A stretch of DNA of 64,000 bases from Pavona decussata (Eukaryota): assembly GCA_977016875.1 (NCBI GenBank), contig CDRNST010000040.1, positions 930,001 to 994,000 of the forward strand. Direction: 5' to 3'. This document shows positions 27,601 through 39,600 of the stretch, piece after piece. Numbering within the stretch: the stretch's first letter is position 1; each line of letters begins with the position of its first letter. A program made the position numbers and the translations under genes. A model generated the notes under the pieces. It did no database searches, was not told the DNA's origin, and saw only the letters and a program-made list of their open reading frames with translations.

Positions 27601-30600
27601 TTTTCTGCTTCCTCAAGAAATAGGTAAGTTTTAAGCTTTCACTGAACCGCAGGTCAAATCCTTCCCAGAAAGCTGTTGGGTCTTATTGCTCATGGATGAT
27701 AACTTTTAAAAAGGGAAAGGTAAAATATAGTTCTCGAAGACGAGTGTTCAGTGCCAATATGTAGAAATTATTCCAGATGTTTCGGGCTTAGCCCTTCATC
27801 AGTGGAAAAAGATTTACGTTAAAAAGCTGGCTTGCGCTATCAAGTCAGATTTAAAGTTGTAACGTGCGCGCACGATGTGCGCGTGACGACCTAAAGATAT
27901 CGGAAGTCGGAGTTCATTCCGCGCGGCTGACTGGTGCCTATTCTGAAAATAAGGCGCATCCCCTGACGCTTTCGTTGCTTGTTTCCGTCGCAGAGCATAA
28001 TTCCACGGACTTTTGCGTCCTGGATAGTGTGGCCATTTGTATTAAAATGCTCTGCAACGGGAAAGCCCGGCAGGTTCTTCTCAATGCTGCGTAGGTGTTC
28101 ACCGAAGCGTTGCCCTAGCGTGCGGCCAGTTTCGCCGATGTAAATAGCAGGGCAACGGGTGCAAGAGATACCATACACTAAGCCGGTTGTTCGACAGTTG
28201 AAAGCTTCTTTGATGACAAACGAGCTTTTGGGACCCTGCAGCGTGGTGTCAGGAGAAATATGGTCACAGGTACGGCAGCGTGCGTGCGTGCATGGAGAAG
28301 TTCCCACATGAGGATCAGGTTGGCTGTTAGCGGTTGTATGCACTAAAATGTCGCGAATGTTACGATAACGGCGATAGGCAACCAGCGGCGGCTGAGGAAA
28401 TATTTCACTAGGGTCACCAGATAAAATGCTGAAATTGCGCAGCAGGATTCTCTTGATTCTTTCGTTTAAAGGGTGGTAGGTAAGAACCAAGGGAATTCTG
28501 CTTGGCTCTCTACTTGCGGAGTCTTGATGGTGGATGACCTCAGTACGGTTGACCCGCTGGATCGTGTCAAGATCACGCTGTAGAGAGGCGGCACAATACC
28601 CTCTTTGAACGAAAAAAGTGATCATCTCCTTGCCCCTCTCCAGAAAATCAGAGTCGTCAGAACACAGACGCCGAAGTCGTAAAAGTTGACTGCGGGGGAG
28701 ACCTTCTTTGCAGTGCCGAGGATGTGAAGATTGATGATGAAGGTAGCTGTGTGTGTCAGTGACCTTGTAGTGTACGGAAGTGCTGATGTGATCACTGGTA
28801 ATGCGTAAAGTCAGGAAAGAGAGTTCAGTGTCAGAAATTGTGTGCGTAAATTGAAGAGCTGGATGAAAGTTTGATACGAAGCTGATGTAATTCTCAAGTT
28901 CCAAGCGACTACAGCATGCAACCCCGAGGACGTCATCGATGTACCGCTTGTGGAGTTGAGGTACAAAACCAGTGTATTGGCTAGCGATTTGTTCCTCAAT
29001 ATATCCCACGAAGAGGCACGCATAGTTAGGGCCCATCTTGCTGCCCATGGCGACTCCTCCTATTTGCTTGTAAAAATCGCCATTGAAAGTGAAGGCATTG
29101 AGGGTCAGCACAAGTTCTGCAAGACGGGTTAGGGTAGAAGTAGGTGGCTCAAGAACGGAACGCTTGTCAAGGAAGTAGGCTAAAGCTTCAAGCCCGCTGT
29201 TGTTCGGGATTACAGTATACAGAGATTTGATGTCCATGCTGTATAGGAAGCGTTCGCCGGTGATGTTGTCATCAAAGCGAAAATCATTAAAGATATTGAG
29301 CGCGTGGTTGGTATCCTTTATGTAGGTGTTGAGGTTGCGGACGATGGGACACATGATCCGATCTAAGTACGCGGCAATGTTCTCAGTTGGACAGCTGCAC
29401 GCAGAAACAATTGGTCTCCCAGGGTTGCCTGTTTTATGAATCTTTGGAAGCAGATAGAATTTTGAGGTTTTTGGTGAAGGCATAATTAAATTCTTAGCCG
29501 ATGGTGGAAGTTCGTTAGCAGCGATCATAGCGTTGACCGCCGATTTAACCGTGAGCTGATTCTCTTTGATGGGATCGTGATCAATACGTTCATAAAATCT
29601 CTCATCGGACAGTTGACGGTTGGCCTCAGCGATGTACAAAGGGCGCGACCAGACGACAACAGCACCACCTTTATCAGCTGGTTTGATGACAATGTCACTG
29701 CGTGCTGATAGTTGAAGTAATTCTGCTCTCTCAGTGGGTGATAAGTTATTTTGCTGTGATCTTGCCTTAAAATTAACAGCATTTACGGCACGGCGGCAAC
29801 GATCAATGTAATGATCCACAGCTGAAAATTTGCCATCTGGAGGAGTCCAAGTAGAATCCTTGGGGTTAAACTTAGCGAAAGGGTCGTCGATGTCAGAAGT
29901 TGGCTGAGAGTCGCTGTCATCGTTCCTGTGAAAATGGGCCTTCAAACGAATGCGGCGATAGAGATTTTCGCAGTCGGCCTTGGCCTGATATTCGTCAATG
30001 CATTTCTTAACAGGGACGAAACTCAGTCCTTTACTGAGAACCGATTTCTCAGCATCAGTCAGCGGCATGTCAGGTGGTATAGTAACGACGAGTTTGCTGG
30101 GGCGACCATCGGCGTCGGAAGGATTGTTGCCACTACCGCCAGCACGACTGTTAGTGTCGGTAGGATTATTATCACGTTCTTCTTGGCGCTTTGCGTCCCT
30201 TAAAGAAGCCATTTAACTATCCTTGACAGTTTTGAGGCGCATATAATATCTAGAATTGAGGTCATGGATGTAGCGTCGAATGCGATGAAAATAATCCTCA
30301 GAGCAAGCCCTTTGTAACTGTTCGTAGTTTTGGGTAATACCGCTGGAAGCTGAATCACGTTTAATCGTCATGCAGTGGATGGTAGACTGCATGATTTGTC
30401 TAGAGCACGCACCAGTTATAGACTTAACGTTTCGTACGTACCGGTTGGAAAGAGAAGATGGATGGAATTTAACCAGGAATCCAACAGGAACCAATCTGCG
30501 GCGTAAACAACGGCCAATGAAGTTGATGTGGCTAGTAAATCTGGTCTTGGTGAATGTACACATGGCCAGGGAATCGGCATAGTTGCAAATGTCTGCAGGT

Positions 30601-33600
30601 GAGTTGTGGAGAAACTCGTGAAGATCACGGCGCAATACAGCAACGAAATCTTTTGTACTTGACATGAAAGAGTTCTTTAGTCGCAGCAGTAAAGTAAATG
30701 ATAAAAGTTTAACTTTTACCTGTCGACGTGTTTTCAATCGACTATATGCACATATTGTAATTTCATTTTCATTGATTTCCTTTAACTTTGTTTTATAACC
30801 AGGCCCATGCAAGTATGTGACATGTGCTTGGAATCCCTGGGGAGGCTGGTCCGCTACATGTGGTCGGATGACCCGACAGCGAACAAGCAAAGTCACACAG
30901 CACGTTGTTAACAAACTAAACTGCAACAGCCTACAGACTACATGCCCTGCACCAGAGACAGAATCGATGTTCGTATCATGTGAGTTAAGCATTTCTTGCT
31001 GAAATGTAGGCTAAAACACGCACGACAGAACTTAAATTCACTTGATTAAGCCCTCTAAAATTCACATATCCACCAGAAAACGTGATTTTGCCTCCACTGC
31101 TCAACCAGGCACACAAAGAGATGTAATATGGGCGCGTTGGCCAGCCAAGCCACCGTACCATCTGTTTAGTCTTAATATACTCACAAAAGTCGATTACAAT
31201 AAAGGAAAACTAAGTGCACCAAAGCCGGACACGAAATCCTCTAAAATCCAGCAAGAGGAAAAAACGGGGAATGTGCACCCTCGACCAAGGCAGTGGTGCC
31301 ACCCTCGGGGTTTCAGGATAGCCTATGTAAAACATGGTATGCACACTGATAAGTAACAGTTGCTTAAAAAAAGGATATGGCTACATACAAAAGTAAAAGC
31401 TGGCTTCCGCATGACAACATTCAAAAATTAAACGAAAACGAAATCTTAGAACTAAACGCGGCAAAGGCTGGCCGTAGAATGTTTCACCCTACTAACGGCC
31501 GCAAATTACAAACTACAATCCCATAACTCTCTTCGCGCCTAGCACCCCTCCCAGCCCTCCGATACGTGCCAGCAAAATATTAATTTATGCTAGTATAGGA
31601 TTATCACAAATTACCTTTCTTTTGACACAGCAGCAAATGATGCGATTCACTGGTAGACAAACTTGAACCCCGCCATATCAAAGTTCATTTTCATCGTAAC
31701 AATTCCCGTTATCGGGTTCTCTAACGGCAAAATACCTAGCCGAAAAAAGTTATCTAAGGGGCAAGAATTGGAAAAAGTTACTCTGCAAGGCAAGGATAAG
31801 GTTGTTTGTTTTAGTGCATAAATGGCCCGAGTATTGGCCAATTGAATGTGGGAACTTCGTCTGGTGTCGACAAGTCATTCACCAAAAACAGCCGGGCACG
31901 CGCACTCATCAAATTTTACGGCTGTGTTTGTTGCTTATTTGTAAATTGCAGACGTCTAATCTTGCGGTCGATTGTGCCCTCTTGAACTAACGGCCCAGTG
32001 TACAAAAGTTCAGACAATATGCCTTTGAAAACAATGCTCTTGACATTCATTTCCATTATTCTAGACTAAAGGCTGGTTTCCATATGATCGCAAACGATCG
32101 CAGACGATCGTAGATCGCAGATCGCAAATAATCGCAGACGATCGCAAAAAAGGCTGTTTCCATATAATCGCAACGATCGCAGAGCCGACCGCAGGCATAC
32201 GTCAAATATACACGCACGTGTAGGCTGAAAAGCAAACAACATCGCGAATGTGGAAGAGCGGAAATTTTGCTGCAAGCAAATTTACTTCTTCTGTTTGTCA
32301 TGATTAAGCGAGTCGTCGCCAGCTCCATCACCGTCGAAAACATCGGTTTTGGATTTGATAACGACCGTACGCAGTTCTTATGTTGGAGAAATTTGGCCTC
32401 CGCTTCCTCGGCCGATAAATGAATCTTCTGCCCGATTTTGTCCCAATAGCTGGCCTTTTTGTTCTTGTCGTTAAAATCTCTGCGACTGCGATAATAAACA
32501 CATTCATAACGTAGACCGTTCCTACAATCGAACACACGAGCGTTGAATCGTGGGAGAGAACTCGAAATATTATGGGATGCGTTTCGATCGCGGATCGCAA
32601 AACTTTGGTTTCCATATGATCGCACAATCGCAAATGATCGCAGATGATCGCAGACGATCGCAGACCTTATTGCGGTCTGCGATCTGCGATCTGCGATCCG
32701 CGATCATATGGAAACCAGCCTTAAATAATTCCCACGCATTAATTTCTGGTGTAGCTTTCTGTAGTGAAGAGTACACTCTCTATTTTAGGTTGTAAAGTGG
32801 AACTCGGAGTTATAATGGATGAATCTGGCAGTATTATTGCCGCAGACTTTACACGACAAAAAGATTTCGTAGCTGCTTTGGCAAACGGCTTCAACAACTT
32901 TGGTCCCAACGGAGTGCAGATGGGAGTTATAACTTTCAGCACCTACGCTAACGTGGATATTAAACTGCATCAATATCCCAACAAGGCTGCCTTCATGAAC
33001 GCTGTGAGAAAAATTAGACAAAGAGGTGAGACTTTACTCAAAAAAAAAAAAACTAGTTCATATTTTTTTATTACGATTGTCATCGGCAATTTCGAATTCG
33101 TAAATGCAGTATAGTGTTCCGAGAGATTTCGCGTTTCACTTTAATACGTTTGGCAAGCGCATTTCATTAGCTTTGTATTTGGAATAGAATACTTAATCAG
33201 GTAATTGCAATAGATTTGACATTTTGAAAGGAATATTTAACCAACTCAGCATGTGGACACGAGAAGTGGACATTCTCGGTTGCATTAACAACCGATTTGA
33301 TGCTCGATATTTTACTTGTTTTCGCTTTTGCTGCTCATGTTTAGCTGTTTAATTTTCGCTAATAATCGTACGCTTTCATTACAAACCAGCATAGGGTTTT
33401 CAAACAAATAGCTCTTATTTTATTTCATTCTAGTTGGACTTTGGCTTGTACATGTTACTTTGATAATGTACTTTGCTCAGTCACGCGAGTAACTAAGAGT
33501 TGTGACGAGCTCTGTTTTGCAAGTGAGCAAGTACTTTCAAGCTAATTCTCCCCGATGAATTGTAAAGTCGCTGTTGAAGTCTAAATTGTCTCTCCTGTAC

Positions 33601-36600
33601 GCTCGAGCAGGAAAAACCCATCGTCACAACAGTGTCGAACATCACTGAACGCCCTTCTTTTGGGTTTGAATTTAGAGAAGCTAAGCTGATTGTGCTTCTG
33701 ATTATGCAATAGACCATTGATTTTACAGCTGTGCTCTCTGTGGCGTGGCCTTTGAGTGGAAATGAAGCTGGAGTTGACTTTGGTTTGATACAAACTCACA
33801 TAGTAAACCGTGTTTTTCTCCCAATGAGGTTTGTATCAAACAAAGTCATCCCCCACCAAACCTTACTCAAATGCTGGGCCGTAAAGTACACAACTGTGAT
33901 GTTGCATATTATCTACGTCAGCAAATACAATTGTACTACATGATGTGCAGTTTGGAAACAAAATCGATATGAAACTTTCCTACATACTACGTAATCATGA
34001 GGTTCCAATGTTAGAGCCAGAGGAGCATTGTGGAATCCCCTGCTAACTCGCACTTCGCCTGTTTTCGCAAAGTCTGCCCAAAGTAGTTATTAACCTTATT
34101 CTCAATCACTTATCCTGGAACACCAGAATTGTCCTTAGAAAATTCTTGTAATCGATCGTCGTAATTAAGGGAGGAAACCTATTTTCATACCCTTGTAGCA
34201 ATTGTGGTTCATTGTCGATAAACGTTACATTATTTTTAAAAATGTGCATATCTCGTTATAAAATTCAATAAATGATGCTCGCTAACTAGTTAATTTTGTG
34301 GTAAAACATAGGTGGATGGACTTTCACTGATAGGGCTCTGCAGCTTGCCAAGACACAGCTCTTTACATCGTCGAACGGAGCAAGACCTGGTGTTACCAAG
34401 GTTAGCTGACGATGAAAGGCATTTGACAATTTGATAATTTTCTTTATTTCATAAGATAAACACACATATCCTATGCTACAAACATTATGACTGTAAAAAG
34501 CAAGCTACAGCACATGTACATGAAAAAAAAAAACAATAATTCTAATAAAATCAAACTATTAAAGTCAAGCTTTTTAAAGTCTAAGATCTAAATCCAGAAT
34601 TGAAGACCAAAATGTCCTGTTTTGCATTCTATTTGAAGAAAGCCAATCACATATTGCAATTACTAGCCAAGTAGATAAGTGTAGTGCATCTTTCAATAGC
34701 CTTTGGTTCATGATGTTGTCTAAGTCAGATTGTCATTTCGAACGACCGGTTCCATTTTAATCGTATCGTCCATTGCGTACAAATTCCTTTAGAATGTACG
34801 TGTACATCGATGATGTTCTTGCTCCCGAACAAACCAATATTTGACTCATTTTCATCCGTCAATTTATTACTATTTTTGCAGATATTACTGATAGTAACAG
34901 ACGGAGCGAGTAACAGTGGAATTAATAAACTTCGAGTTCCAGTTTTCATAAGATAAACACACATATCCTATGCTACAAACATTATGACTGTAAAAAGCAA
35001 GCTACAGCACATGTACATGAAAAAAAAAAAAACAATAATTCTAATAAAATCAAACTATTAAAGTCAAGCTTTTTAAAGTCTAAGATCTAAATCCAGAATT
35101 GAAGACCAAAATGTCCTGTTTTGCATTCTATTTGAAGAAAGCCAATCACATATTGCAATTACTAGCCAAGTAGATAAGTGTAGTGCATCTTTCAATAGCC
35201 TTTGGTTCATGATGTTGTCTAAGTCAGATTGTCATTTCGAACGACCGGTTCCATTTTAATCGTATCGTCCATTGCGTACAAATTCCTTTAGAATGTACGT
35301 GTACATCGATGATGTTCTTGCTCCCGAACAAACCAATATTTGACTCATTTTCATCCGTCAATTTATTACTATTTTTGCAGATATTACTGATAGTAACAGA
35401 CGGAGCGAGTAACAGTGGAATTAATAAACTTCGAGTTCCAGTTGAGGAGTTAAGATCCATGAAAGTGAATATATTTTCTGTAGGAGTTGGGCAAAACCTC
35501 AATCGTGCAGAATTGGAGTTTATGGCCTCAGACCCTAAAGCTTCTCATTTGTTTTACGTCCGTAACATGGCCGAGTTACCCCAACTGCTACACACTCTGG
35601 CAAGTTCTTCATGTCAAGGTAAGGGCTATCATCGTTGTATGTTTTGTACGGCAAATAACGTTAGAAGTGATGTGTCACGGTTAGCTAGACAACTTGCTAC
35701 TTAAAATACTGATAACGTGTTTTGTACTTTAGAGGATTTGTCTATTTCCAATTATTCGCTAATTAAGGGGTTTTATCAAATTTACAAAGGAACACTAAAC
35801 GAGATTAATTGCAGTGTATATATTGAATAATAATGATAATATCAATTATTTTATCAATCATAATCACATTCTATCGTATAAATTCCATACAGATGTCATC
35901 AAATGTGCGTTACGACAAATAATAACTTACAAATACGTGTATGTGATGAGAACTAAAGGATTGAAATTCTCTTCAGATTTCTCGAAAAAATACTGATTTT
36001 TTCTGGCGTCAATAGGCCATTTTCGAGTTGCTCTTAACGTCCTTACGAGGCTAGGTGCAAAGTTTTTATTATAAAAATTAACTTTCATTCAAATGCAAAC
36101 AAAGCTCATTTTCATATGAAAAGTTTTGCACTTAGCCTCGCTTTCATAATGAGTTTCACAACAACGCGGAAATGACTTATTAAGTCAAAGCTGGTGAGCA
36201 GTGCGAAATAAGATGGTTTCCACAAGTAATTTAAGGTGGTTCAAGCTACATGATATTACATGACAGCTTGTTCCATAATTATGAAGATACTGAGAGAAAT
36301 CTCGCTCCGTTCAGCACAGAGCAAGATGATTCTGTGGTTACGTTCATTACTGACAGTATTTCTGTGTTTTGTGGTTTTAGTTTTCAAATGTAAGTACGTG
36401 ACATGTGACTACAGTTTATGGTCCTCCTGGTCCATCTCATGCGGGAAAGGCATGAAGAGGAAAAGAACGTTGACCAAACAGAATGAGCATATCAAAGACC
36501 AACAAGGAGGATGCTCTGGTTTGCCAACCACATGCGATAAAGAGGAACTGCAAACCGAGGATATGGATTGTAAGNNNNNNNNNNNNNNNNNNNNNNNNNN

Positions 36601-39600
36601 NNNNNNNNNNNNNNNNNNNNNNNNNNNNNNNNNNNNNNNNNNNNNNNNNNNNNNNNNNNNNNNNNNNNNNNNNNNNNNNNNNNNNNNNNNNNNNNNNNNN
36701 NNNNNNNNNNNNNNNNNNNNNNNCGACAAACTTTCAACACCATTGTCGTCAATTACAAAATATTCAGATTATGCTAAATCTCCTGGGACATAAGCATTCT
36801 AATAATCCAAAAACAGCATAATTTTAAGTTCTTAAGACGAAAGTAAGGTTTCCTTAAGAGACGTAGACAAAGACCTGGGAATATTTCATATACAGCCTAA
36901 AGACGTAACTTACTGAAAAAAAAAAAGAATGATTTCCTTAACTGTGGGATTAGTATACACCTGCAATACACGACCATACGCATGCAGGATAATTGTTAAA
37001 CGAACGTTCACGTATGAAATTACCTTTGCTCAAGGATATTGTTCACAAACTCAGTAGCCATAACCACGATATTATTATGAACAGTATTAGATTTGACATC
37101 ATTTGTAAAAAGGATTAATAAACCCAAGCAAGCTGAGTGAAGTTTTCTGTTCACAGGTCAGTGTAACTACGTCACCTGTTCGTGGAATGAGTGGAGCTCG
37201 TGGTCTGCCACATGCGGGGTGAGCACCAGGCAAAAAACCAGCAAAACTACAAATCACGTGGTTAACAGGCCGTCATGCAGTGGACTGCAGACGTCATGCC
37301 CGCAGCCTCAAACAGAAAGAAGAACAACCAACTGTAGGTTTAATGCTAGAAATTGCTGTATATATTAATCCTTTAAAAAGATATACCTTCCTTCGTAAAA
37401 CCTGTTTGGTGGAGGTGTAGCATCACAGTTTCTGAGTCCTCAAAAGGTAGTCTAAAATTGCAACTTTGTTGTTGTGATTGAACAATTCAATGCTGATCGC
37501 GTCATAATAATAATAAAAAGTAACAATAACCTTTTTTTACCCTCGGCAGTGTTAATACCAGAAGTACTATGAGTGGGCCCGAACATTAAATTTCACAAAA
37601 AAATTATTTGCCAACGAATGAACCCATTAACTAATTACCAGGAAGAGTGGAGATGACTAGTTAGTATATTAGGACCACAGGAGAGCTGAGTTGTTCAGTC
37701 TACCATAAAAACGGTTGTTCTCTTTCGCAAAGAAAATAATGATTCAGCCTAACTTATAGAGCGTTGTCTAAGTGGAGTAATATTTTGCTGTTTTCGTTTA
37801 CATATATGAAGAATATTCGATACATAAGAGACGAAAATACAATATTCCATGAACGAGAAAATCCTGAGAGTAATTGACGCTGCGACAGTAATAACTGGAC
37901 ATTTTTGTAATCAGTGTTCTGTTCTTTGTCAACACTATTCTAATCAAGGGCATCACAAACTCTAACGAAATTCTTCCTCAACTTCTAAAACTGTTGTCAT
38001 AGGTCCTTGCAGGAGTGTCAGATGTACTTGGAAGCCATGGACGGGCTGGTCAGCGACATGTGGTGTGGCTGAGAGAATCCGGTCTATCCAGACAACAAAT
38101 ATTGTGGTACAACAGCCAGACTGCTCTGGTCTACCGCAGACCTGCACCCAGCCACCTGAGAAGGAAACCAAGAAGACAATGTGTACTTGTCTGACAGTGC
38201 AGTGTGCATGGAGTCAATGGAGCGATTGGTCTGCTTCTTGTGGGAGAGCCTCGCGAACCAGAACAATGCAGTGAGTTTTGGAAACTATTTATACTACTAA
38301 AATTGTCTTCTTTATCCAACTAAATTTTTTACCACACAAAAACAACATTTAAGCAACAAAATCCTATTAATTTGAATGTCGATGAGTGGTATTTGTAAAA
38401 GAAACGTGATGTTTTAAACCTACTGAATAAATGATATCGATGTTTTTTTTTTTTCAGTCTGTGACAAAGGCATACTGGCATACAAAGTATGCCTATGTCG
38501 CTAACTGAAAAAATATATCGATTTTATTTATTCGGAAGGCGTTAAACATAACATGACGTTTCTTTCACATATCTCAAATTATCTACCACATGGTCCAATG
38601 TTCAGCATGTTTAACAGAGAATAGGGTTTTTCAAGTTTGAAAATGGTTTGATGAAAACAAACAAGCTGGCTCTTATCTTAGACGCGATCTATGATCTTTT
38701 GTAATTCGTCAGTTCTAGAGATGGTCCTAATCAACTATATTTCTCAACCAATCAGAATGCAGTTCTATTGATAACAAGTATGAATCGACACATCATTAGA
38801 TCATGACCTAATGCGAACACCGACGAAAAGATATACATTCCACCTGGGCAAACTAGCCGATAAGAAGGGGAAGGTTTTGATTTTTATAGGCACTGACTTT
38901 ATATTTAGCTACGTACTCATATGAGCCATCCATAGCTCAGTGGTTAGAGCATCTAGAATAGTAACTGGAAGGCCGTGGGTTCGATTCCTGCTGGGGGCTC
39001 GGAAAATTTTTTTTTTTCCGAGAATTTTCATCGTGTACTTATCATCTATTTCATGGAATTTGTATTTTTCCAATGAATTATTTCCCAAAGAGACACACAG
39101 GTTACTGTTCAAAAAGAGAGTTGCGATGGTCTGCCGCAATCCTGCCCTCAGCCGCCAGAAACGGAACATAAAACAACCGACTGCGCATGCCGTACTGTTA
39201 GCTGCACCTGGGAAGAATGGTCATCATGGTCCACCACTTGCGGGGTAGGGATCCGCACGCGCGATATTACAGGTGATGTTTGTTACTTTCAAATTGTGAC
39301 GTCCTTGGAACAATCTTTTTTTAATTTGATTTGATGAAGTTGAAAAACTGGTGACGAGGTATACCAATGAAACGAACGATTGCAGTTCTGTAGACACAGG
39401 ATGGAATGTATGAATGTCGAGATTACATTATTACAATAAACGTAGAGAACAATGTTTTATCTATCTTCGCGTAATAGAGCAAGTTGCTGCAAGCGGAAGG
39501 TGAAGGAAACAAACAGCAGATTGAACAAAGCTCTAGTGTAAAAAAAAGAAAAAGGTTCAAATCGAATAGGTTAACAACAACGAAGATAACAAGATAGATT

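Larger units (their letters stand above)
27740..30700 (-). mobile_element. Penelope-like retroelement (RT + GIY-YIG), antisense in an intron
   Basis: ORF 30212-27891 has PLE RT motifs (IKPADKGG, FYLLPKIHK, GRPIVS, MDIKSLYT, GVAMGS, RYIDD) and a C-terminal GIY-YIG (LVYGISC..C.AIYIGETGR..QRFGEH). An in-frame upstream ORF starts at ATG 30665, and there is a hammerhead motif 3' of the stop. Element ends are approximate. Confidence 0.95.

Noticed and set aside
30666-30992. N-terminal extension of the 259-aa minus ORF as a real protein
   Set aside because: It is the antisense of host exon 18 and its intron. Penelope-like coding plausibly starts at ATG 30665.
32070-32721. CRISPR-like array (GATCGCA repeats)
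   Set aside because: Short irregular repeats with no unique spacers, lying inside a TIR element in eukaryotic DNA.
38929-39002. tRNA gene
   Set aside because: Box A/B present but no 7-bp acceptor stem or clean anticodon arm. Related copies elsewhere in the window indicate a SINE.
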